Positions 1-7,261 of a stretch of DNA of 20,000 nucleotides are shown here, piece by piece. Position 1 is the stretch's first letter. Each line of letters begins with the position of its first letter. The notes beneath the pieces are model-generated. The model ran no database searches. It was given only the letters and a program-made list of their open reading frames with translations, and was not told where the DNA came from. The translations under genes were made by a program, and so were the position numbers. The DNA comes from an uncultured virus (IMG/VR IMGVR_UViG_3300030202_000991) (taxonomy: Duplodnaviria; Heunggongvirae; Uroviricota; Caudoviricetes). The stretch is taken from IMG/VR virus record IMGVR_UViG_3300030202_000991; one strand, written 5' to 3'.

Positions 1-3000
1 CTTGAGGGCGGTCTAACATTGTACCTTCCAAAGCAGTTCTAAATTCTGCTTCCTGTATCTGTTCAGGAGTGGCATTAGGATTAGTTTTTAATAGTGCTTC
101 CCGTCCTCTTTTTCTAGCTTCAACAATAGTACCTGCTTCACTTGTAAGTAGTTCTTCTCTCAGTCTTGTATCTTGTAAGATAGCTTGTTCGTACCGTTGC
201 CTGTCTCGTTGAGAATCAAAAGCAGTTTTATATGGTTCAGGTCGTCCTGTAATTGGATCAAGACCCATGTGGGTGTACCAAAAATCACCTTTTCTAAACA
301 ACGGAAAATAAGGTTCTATAAGCTCTTTGTTTAAAAGTTCCAATAGAATTTTATCTTTGTACGATTGTTTTGCTTGTGCCGCTTCTTCAGAATCGGTTGG
401 AACTCCATCAATACGTGCTACCAAGGCTTTACGTAAATCTTCGTAAGCGTCCGAATAGGCATCTCGTAGCTCTACGTACACCTCTCTTGCTTTTGGATCA
501 AGCCTATTCCAGTACTCCATTATATTGTTGTAGTCTTTTTCTGCTTCTTCGCTAGGGTTTATCTTACCGAACTTTGACCGTTCTTCTTTTGATAACTTGT
601 CATTCTCAGCTTGTTCCTTCTCAAAAGCCGCATCTCTTTTTTCCGCAGTTGGAAAGTGGTAAGTGTTCCTGTTACCGTCTTTATCTACCACAGTGTAACG
701 ATACCCTGTGTAGTACTCTTTAGCGTTCTTTCTGGAAGGGTCTATTCTAAGTAAAGTACTTTCTTCTACTATAAAGTTAAAAAGTTTGCGTTGATTTGGG
801 CCTAACTTATTAAGTATCTTTTCGAACCGCCTTGCCTTGTCTTTAGTTAACAGCAGATACTTTTGCCTAGAACCATTCTTTTGCTGAATAATTTTAAACA
901 GCTCATCCAAACCTCTGCCTAAATCTCTTATACCTTCGTTGTTACTTTGTTTTGCAAAGTCAGCTATGGAATTGAGAGGCAATAACTTAAAAAAGAACCC
1001 ACGAGCGTCATTAGTTGCTTGCGGCGCATACGCATTAAATATAGAAGCCGCATCTTGTGGAACCTCACCGCCATATCCGTCAAATAGGTCATCCAAAAAC
1101 GCATCTTCTTTACCTGCCGTTACCGCTAGGTTCATAGCAGGAGCGTTACGGTATTGAGGAGCAGGAGAGATCATGTCCCCTACTATCTTATCTACCTCAC
1201 TCATTGCTGAGTTCAATTTCTTTGTAGGAAGACGGCGTAATACGCGAATTACGTTAGCCACTATATTCTTAAATCGCTCCAATACCCCTAACTTATCTCC
1301 GTTGGTGTCCATAGAAGCTAGTTTGGCTTGGAACTCTGGGTTGGAAAAAGCCTCGGCAACAAATTCATCAAGGTTAGTAGTACCGTAAGCGTCTTCTAAT
1401 CTGTCTTTAACGCTATCAAAGAGTCTCTGTAACTGTTTAGTAGTTGACCTGCTTTTGTTAGCAATTACGTGTGAAGTAACAGCGTGCAAGGATTCGTGCA
1501 ACAGAGCGTGGTTAGTAGGGGGTATGCTTTCGTTCAGAATAATAGTATTAGTTCTAGGATCGAACATACCTGCCAACAAACGCCCTTTCCCATCCATCAA
1601 GTTTGGTTGGAATGTAACCTTAGTGCCACTTTCTGCAATGGCTTTGTTGATGGCTCTAGCAACTTTTCGTACATCTTTATCTTGATTATTACCAAGTAGT
1701 TCCAGAGCTTCTGCCAGTTTCCCTTCTCGTAGTAGCTGGGTAACTTCTGGGTCTAAAACAGCCGCTGCTCCCACTAGTTTCTTCATTGGGAGAGGCATAC
1801 CCAAGTCACTTCGCATACTGTTCTGCATAGCCTCTAAATTTTTTCTGGTGCTTTCAGAAGCGTTTTGTTGAATCCACGCTATTTTAGCTCTCGCGTCTGC
1901 TTTTTGTTGGGCAGTTCCATCAATGGAATTATAAGCAAGAGCCGAGAGAAAACTCTCCATATCGTCTCCAGTTTCTATTTCCTCAAACTCTGCCCGGAAT
2001 TTTTCTTCGTCTAATTCTTTGTCAACTTGTTGTTGAGCTACGCTTTCTTCTGTTGCGTTACGAGTATCGCCAGTTGCCTGTGGTTCTGACTCGACAGTAG
2101 TGGCTTCTTCTTTAGCTGCTTGTGCCTCTTCGTCTGTAGCGTTCTTAACGTTTTCTCTTCGATTAGGTCGTAGGATTCCTCCACGAGGGCCAAGCATTTC
2201 TATTTGCTCTTGTCTTTGCTCTTCTAGTTTTTCAAGTATGCGTTGTTGTTCTGCAATTTCTTGATCTAAACGATTGCTTTCCGCTTGTGCTTGAGCAGCA
2301 GGGTCAGCAGGTTCTACTTGTGGTATCTCTAATTGCGCTTGTCCCTCTACTGGACGGCCAGTACGATCTTGTTCTTGTTGCACTTCTCGTAAAGCTGCAC
2401 CTAACGCAGGTTCTACGGAAGAATCTTGTCCTGCTTCCATTGTTGCCGCCAACGCTTGTAAGTCTTCTGCACGTTCTTGTTCGCGTTGTGTAAAAGCTGC
2501 TTCCTGTTGTTCCTGAATAACATCCTGTTCAATACCTTCTCCTATGGTCATTTGTCCCGGCGCTTCTTTACGGGCAATCTGATCCATTTCAGAAGCCATC
2601 GCACCTGCTTCTTGTTCTGCGCTCTCTTTTGCGGCTAACGTTTCTGCTCTCGTTAGTATGGGCATGTTAAGTAAACCCAATACTTTATTTCGACTATCTC
2701 TGTAACGAGATTTTACTGTAGGGTTATTTGCATAATTAACGATGGTTTCTACAGCAGTACGAGCATCCTGTGGGTCAGCCAAATCGAGTGCAGGAAGTTC
2801 TTTCTTTAACTTAGTGCTTGTAATACCTAAACCTTCTAAGTCTTCTTTAGTTATAGCTGTTTTCTCTTCAGCCATAATCTCCGTAAATAACTCGCGTTGT
2901 GCACCCTCACTCCTTAATTTTTCTTCATTGGCAATCGCTTCTTCAAATGCGGCTGCGAACCTTTCAGGGTACGCCCTACCTTGTGGGTCAACTAATATAG

Positions 3001-4192
3001 CCGAACCATCTCCAGTAGGTGGTGGGGGTAAACGATATGTTCCTTGAGGTAAAGCAGGGGGAGGAACGGGAGGAACGGGAGGAAGAACTTCTCCTTCCAA
3101 TATGGGTTCTGGGACAGGCACGAGATCAGTCCCAGTTGTAGCGGGTTCTGTAGCTACTTCTGCCTCACGGCCACTTAATTCTTCCCGTAACCTTCGCGCT
3201 CGTGATCGACTACCTAAAGCACCAATCGGGCCAAGTGTACCGCCGACAGTAACAGCAAGGTAAGCTGCTTCGCCGTATTCAGAAAGAGCTTCAGGAGATA
3301 ATACGTCTAGGCCAGCTTGTGCTCTTTCCAAAACTTGTTGGGCTACTTCTGTAGGCAGCTCTGCACCCGCACCTCTAGCAATGCCTCGCCCTATAGTTTT
3401 AGCTGTACCTAAGTCTGCCTCCCGCACTAGTTTTTCCGCAGCTTCTCGTAGCTGAGTGGAGCTTAACTTTGTAACATCTCCTTGTACCAACTTGTTTACA
3501 AGACCTTTACCTAAGATAAAGTATTGTCCCGCTAACTCTGGTATTGATTGTAAGGCGGCTGTACCAACAGCTTTTCCTAGCTCTACATCTACCGGACGGC
3601 CTTCGTCTATATCGGCTTGAGCCTGACGTTCAAGATTGTACCCAGTAAATTGAGGTATAAGAGCAGCAAGACCGCCAACACCTGCGCCTATTCCAGCACC
3701 TATAGCTGTGCCTATACCGGGAAAAAAAGAGCCTATTCCAGCTCCAGCTACAGCGCCCATTTTAGCAGCAGCAACTGTGCTAAGTATTTGTGCTCCTTGC
3801 CCTGCAACGGCTTGTGGAATCTGGCCTAGCGCAGTCCCTACAGTGGGTAGTATTCCTTCAGCATCTAGTACTTTCTGTAAAGTTGGGCCTTCACCGTAGC
3901 GTTGCGCTATGTCTTCGCTACGCTCTAACCCTGCAAGTGCGGCTGCTTCGTCATCCCCAAAAGTTGCTTCGCCAGCAGTGCGTATAGCCGAAAAAAGAGA
4001 TTCTCCACCCCGCATGAGTTGCCCACCAAAAGTGCTTTCTGGAGGGGGAGGGGGTAGCGTAACGTCAATGCCTTGGCGTAATCTGAAGTAAGCATCCCTT
4101 GCTAATGCTGGGCCTTGTTCGTCAGGAGTACCTTTAGGTACATAAAAGTCAAACTTTTCCCCTGAAGGTGCTGTTCCTGTAGCGATAGGCAT
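1..4192 (-). CDS. Large virion/ejection (polyvalent-type) protein with zincin-like HExxH metallopeptidase domain; 3'-truncated at window edge (>1397 aa)
   Basis: Not in the ORF track. Hand translation from ATG at 4192 (AAGGAAG upstream) gives MPIATGTAPSGEKFDFYVPKG... and stays open to position 2 (...EGTMLDRPQ). It contains a Gly-zipper hydrophobic segment (MGAVAGAGIGSFFPGIGTAIGAGIGAGVGGLAALIP), Pro-rich linkers, a Glu/Gln-rich region, ALLHESLHAVT (HExxH at 1484-1498), DEFVAEAFSNPEF (~1331-1369) and YFPLFRKGDFW. Confidence 0.88.
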   Translation of the reverse strand, partial: MPIATGTAPSGEKFDFYVPKGTPDEQGPALARDAYFRLRQGIDVTLPPPPPESTFGGQLMRGGESLFSAIRTAGEATFGDDEAAALAGLERSEDIAQRYGEGPTLQKVLDAEGILPTVGTALGQIPQAVAGQGAQILSTVAAAKMGAVAGAGIGSFFPGIGTAIGAGIGAGVGGLAALIPQFTGYNLERQAQADIDEGRPVDVELGKAVGTAALQSIPELAGQYFILGKGLVNKLVQGDVTKLSSTQLREAAEKLVREADLGTAKTIGRGIARGAGAELPTEVAQQVLERAQAGLDVLSPEALSEYGEAAYLAVTVGGTLGPIGALGSRSRARRLREELSGREAEVATEPATTGTDLVPVPEPILEGEVLPPVPPVPPPALPQGTYRLPPPPTGDGSAILVDPQGRAYPERFAAAFEEAIANEEKLRSEGAQRELFTEIMAEEKTAITKEDLEGLGITSTKLKKELPALDLADPQDARTAVETIVNYANNPTVKSRYRDSRNKVLGLLNMPILTRAETLAAKESAEQEAGAMASEMDQIARKEAPGQMTIGEGIEQDVIQEQQEAAFTQREQERAEDLQALAATMEAGQDSSVEPALGAALREVQQEQDRTGRPVEGQAQLEIPQVEPADPAAQAQAESNRLDQEIAEQQRILEKLEEQRQEQIEMLGPRGGILRPNRRENVKNATDEEAQAAKEEATTVESEPQATGDTRNATEESVAQQQVDKELDEEKFRAEFEEIETGDDMESFLSALAYNSIDGTAQQKADARAKIAWIQQNASESTRKNLEAMQNSMRSDLGMPLPMKKLVGAAAVLDPEVTQLLREGKLAEALELLGNNQDKDVRKVARAINKAIAESGTKVTFQPNLMDGKGRLLAGMFDPRTNTIILNESIPPTNHALLHESLHAVTSHVIANKSRSTTKQLQRLFDSVKDRLEDAYGTTNLDEFVAEAFSNPEFQAKLASMDTNGDKLGVLERFKNIVANVIRVLRRLPTKKLNSAMSEVDKIVGDMISPAPQYRNAPAMNLAVTAGKEDAFLDDLFDGYGGEVPQDAASIFNAYAPQATNDARGFFFKLLPLNSIADFAKQSNNEGIRDLGRGLDELFKIIQQKNGSRQKYLLLTKDKARRFEKILNKLGPNQRKLFNFIVEESTLLRIDPSRKNAKEYYTGYRYTVVDKDGNRNTYHFPTAEKRDAAFEKEQAENDKLSKEERSKFGKINPSEEAEKDYNNIMEYWNRLDPKAREVYVELRDAYSDAYEDLRKALVARIDGVPTDSEEAAQAKQSYKDKILLELLNKELIEPYFPLFRKGDFWYTHMGLDPITGRPEPYKTAFDSQRDRQRYEQAILQDTRLREELLTSEAGTIVEARKRGREALLKTNPNATPEQIQEAEFRTALEGTMLDRPQ

Positions 4193-4204
4193 AGATAACT
4201 TCCT

Positions 4205-6430
4205 TTACTCAGACGGAGCTGTATACCCAAAAGTGCCAGTAGATACTCCCAACCCGCTTCTTCTATATGCGTTCATATAATCATCAAGATACTTTTCTTT
4301 AAGGGCAGCAGTCTCAGCAGCTAATTGCGCTCCTTCAAATTCTTGTTGTAAGCGCATAAATTGTGAATTAAATAATTGGTCATCTTCTAGGTCGGACAAA
4401 AAAGTTCTAGCCGCGTCTTGTTCAGCTCCTGCATACTGTTCTCTCAATTTTTGATCCGCTTCAAAAAACATTTTTCGTTCATCTTGGCGTAGATTAGCTA
4501 GTGCTGCACGATAGTCTAGTTCTGAACCGTAACGTGATGCGGATATACGTCCTAGCACGTCTGTCTCTTGTACATCTAACTGACGTTGGCGTAAGTCCTC
4601 TGCGGCTAAACTTCTATCACCTCCAGCCAGTGCACCTGCTGCGCTTGTTTGACCAGCTCCTCCACGTAAGAAAGCTCGTAGGCGATTCATGTCAGCGTTT
4701 TCTTCTACCTTGTCAAGAAGTCCAGCCAAACCACGCCGTGCAGCAACAGGTTCTTCCTGCTTTCCTGCATCAGTCACGCCTTTCATACGGAACTCCTCAG
4801 ACTCTTCTTGAGGCTTCCCTAAATCTTTTACCATACTCGCTACATTAAAAGCGTCAGGCATAGCCCCATCAGCTTTCTTTTCTGTACTTCTTTCCTGTCC
4901 TGTTAGTTCTTGTCCTGCTAAAACTGCTCGGTCTGATAGACTTAACCCCGGTATGTCTTCTTTAATATCTGCCATTCGTTCTTCATACTCTCGCATGGTT
5001 TCAGCAATTTCTTCTCCACTACGTGCAATACTAGGATTAGGTACTCTATAACCTGCTTCGTTTATTATATATTCTGGGCCTTTGGGCAACAGTGATCTTA
5101 AATCTTCTAATAAAGAAAGAGGTTTAGGTCTGTCTCGCCCTGTTCTTTCTCGGTAAGCCGCATCTATATCAGATTCCACCAAACTCCCTTCAGGGCCAGC
5201 AAACTTAGGGATATTAGCCGCAGGGTCGGCAGCATCAATCATGCCCCGATTGTCAGCCATCATCTTAATGTAGTTGAGTGCTCTACGGGCCTCGTCTTCT
5301 TTGGCTTTTGCTTGCATCTCACCAATCATTTGCAAATACTTTATAGCACCGCTTTCGCTGCCTTCTGATTCATTAACCGCCTTACGCACGTCAGGAAACA
5401 TCTGACTAAATTGTTCTGCACGGCTAGGTACGTACATGGTTTCTGGAGGTGTAGTGGGTTCATCTATAGCCCTAGCCAGAGCCATAATTCCTTCGCCCCC
5501 GCCCATCTCTGTATCCTCTCCTCTCCCTACATTTCGTAGGTTAGGGTCTGCATAACCAGAATCTAGGCCGTATTGACTCATTGTTTCCGAGACTTCTTCT
5601 TTACTAAGCGGTTGCACTTTATCTCGCTGTAGTAAACCCATTAGTCCTCTAGGTATTGCGGCTAACAACTTACCAAAATTACTTCGTTCTCCTTCAGGTG
5701 TGAATGGAGTTCTAGTAGCTAAAGTCAACAAATCACTGAGTGTTTCTCCAATCCCGCCACCTGCTCTAAGTGCAACAACACCACCGCCCTGAAAACCATC
5801 CATACCTTTCATGCTGGATTCAGAAGCCATTTTCTGGTGTGCTTTTGTCCTAATGTCATCTTCAAAAGTTTGTTGCTCTGCCGTAAACCTAGCTTCTACG
5901 TCTTGTTTTTCTTCGGCTGTAGGTGCATTAGCTAGACTAGCTTCGTAGTCTCTATACGTTTTAATATAGTTATCTATATCTTTAGCCTCTGCATCTTGAG
6001 AAGCAGCACTGGGTTGTCCTTGGGGTATAGGTCTGTCACCCAGTATTGGAGCGCCTTTCTTAAATCCAATAATCCCACCGTCAGACATACGCATATTTGG
6101 TGCGGGTTGGCTTGGTATACCCATAGCCTGTCGTTGCATGGCCTGTTGATCGCGTGCTGCTTTTTGAGCAACTCCGGGCATGATGGCACTTATAGTATCG
6201 TTCCGAGCAGAAGTAGCATTTTGTTGATTCAACCGTTGTAATTCGGTCTGGTTGGAACCACTGAACATAGCCTTTATTGCGTTATTAGCTTCCGCATTCT
6301 GGTTGGCAAGAAGTTGTGCAGAGATTAGGTCTAAGACTGATTGTGACTTCCCGTAACGTTGCATTGCAGCTTGTGGGTTACCGTTAGCTGCATCTATCCG
6401 CGTTTGTATTTCTTGGTCTATACCAGCCAT
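4205..6430 (-). CDS. Putative internal virion/DNA ejection protein (741 aa)
   Basis: Long ORF with GGAG RBS, coupled to the upstream TAA. It is Ala/Gln/Met/Glu-rich, has no Cys or Trp, carries MSDGGII and FQGGGVV motifs, and lies between the tail nozzle gene and the largest virion gene as ejection genes do in podoviruses. Confidence 0.7.
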   Translation of the reverse strand: MAGIDQEIQTRIDAANGNPQAAMQRYGKSQSVLDLISAQLLANQNAEANNAIKAMFSGSNQTELQRLNQQNATSARNDTISAIMPGVAQKAARDQQAMQRQAMGIPSQPAPNMRMSDGGIIGFKKGAPILGDRPIPQGQPSAASQDAEAKDIDNYIKTYRDYEASLANAPTAEEKQDVEARFTAEQQTFEDDIRTKAHQKMASESSMKGMDGFQGGGVVALRAGGGIGETLSDLLTLATRTPFTPEGERSNFGKLLAAIPRGLMGLLQRDKVQPLSKEEVSETMSQYGLDSGYADPNLRNVGRGEDTEMGGGEGIMALARAIDEPTTPPETMYVPSRAEQFSQMFPDVRKAVNESEGSESGAIKYLQMIGEMQAKAKEDEARRALNYIKMMADNRGMIDAADPAANIPKFAGPEGSLVESDIDAAYRERTGRDRPKPLSLLEDLRSLLPKGPEYIINEAGYRVPNPSIARSGEEIAETMREYEERMADIKEDIPGLSLSDRAVLAGQELTGQERSTEKKADGAMPDAFNVASMVKDLGKPQEESEEFRMKGVTDAGKQEEPVAARRGLAGLLDKVEENADMNRLRAFLRGGAGQTSAAGALAGGDRSLAAEDLRQRQLDVQETDVLGRISASRYGSELDYRAALANLRQDERKMFFEADQKLREQYAGAEQDAARTFLSDLEDDQLFNSQFMRLQQEFEGAQLAAETAALKEKYLDDYMNAYRRSGLGVSTGTFGYTAPSE

Positions 6431-6432
6431 TA

Positions 6433-7251
6433 TTACTCTCCAAATAAACCTAAAGTATCCAAGAACCCTAAAATACCACCCGAACCGCCCATAAAATTAG
6501 AAAGACCGGAAGGTTCAGCGTATTGATATTCCTGAGTACTGATAGGAAGTCCCTGCAATAGAGATTGCATGTACTGTACTTGTTTGTATGGGTAGTCGCG
6601 CTCTTGTTCAAATTGACGTAAATCAGCAGTAATTCCTGCCTGTTCAATGTCTCTTTGTTGTGCCCCTCCCCTACCCATTGCGTCTAAAGCAGTTAATCCG
6701 TAATTACGTTCTTTATCAAACATATCAGTCGCTTTATCATAAGCTGTTGCGTAACCTTGCGCTGTTATGTCTCCGATTCTATCTAGGGCGCGATTCTGTA
6801 AACCTGCTTCAGCTACAGCCTGTCGTCCACCTCCATACCCCCCTGCTTTAGCGTATTGGCTTTGCAGGTTCTGTTGTGCTTTTGCTGTTTCTTCCCCTAC
6901 ACGTCTTATTGTCGGATTAAGCGCAGCTTCAATGTAAGGGTTCATGTACTGAGAAACAGGACTTGCAGAGCTTGCAGCCGCTCCCGGCAAAGGTACACCA
7001 CTTGCCGCATCTTGTGCGGTTGGGATAGTAGGTGCTTGTCCTGTAAAAGAACCTGTCATGGTAGCGGAAGGAACGGCCAGCCCTGCTAACCCTTGAAACA
7101 TTTGGTTTTGCAAGGAAGAAGGGCCAGCCGTGAGTGGGCCTTGGTATGCGGTGTAAGGCATATCGGCTAATGCCGCGCCTTTCCCTAACATCTCTGACAC
7201 ATAAGGGCCAGCGTATGGGGATAAAGAAGATGATCTACCTAATAAGCTCAT
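6433..7251 (-). CDS. Putative DNA transfer/ejection (pilot-like) protein (272 aa)
   Basis: GAGGA RBS. It has YMNPY and AGGYGGGRQAVAEA motifs, is Gln/Ala-rich and ends in a Gly-rich hydrophobic tail (FMGGSGGILGFLDTLGLF), a pattern typical of podovirus ejection proteins. Confidence 0.7.
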   Translation of the reverse strand: MSLLGRSSSLSPYAGPYVSEMLGKGAALADMPYTAYQGPLTAGPSSLQNQMFQGLAGLAVPSATMTGSFTGQAPTIPTAQDAASGVPLPGAAASSASPVSQYMNPYIEAALNPTIRRVGEETAKAQQNLQSQYAKAGGYGGGRQAVAEAGLQNRALDRIGDITAQGYATAYDKATDMFDKERNYGLTALDAMGRGGAQQRDIEQAGITADLRQFEQERDYPYKQVQYMQSLLQGLPISTQEYQYAEPSGLSNFMGGSGGILGFLDTLGLFGE

Positions 7252-7261
7252 TATAAGTTCC

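Noticed and set aside
3057..3085. 9-bp GGAGGAACG repeat and G-runs as a regulatory or G-quadruplex element
   Set aside because: They are adequately explained by the PPVPPVPPP linker coded on the minus strand.
3722..3728. T-TTT-TTT slippery heptamer in the giant gene
   Set aside because: It is explained by Ser-Phe-Phe codons, the main frame continues for more than 1200 codons, and no stimulatory structure or useful alternative product is evident.
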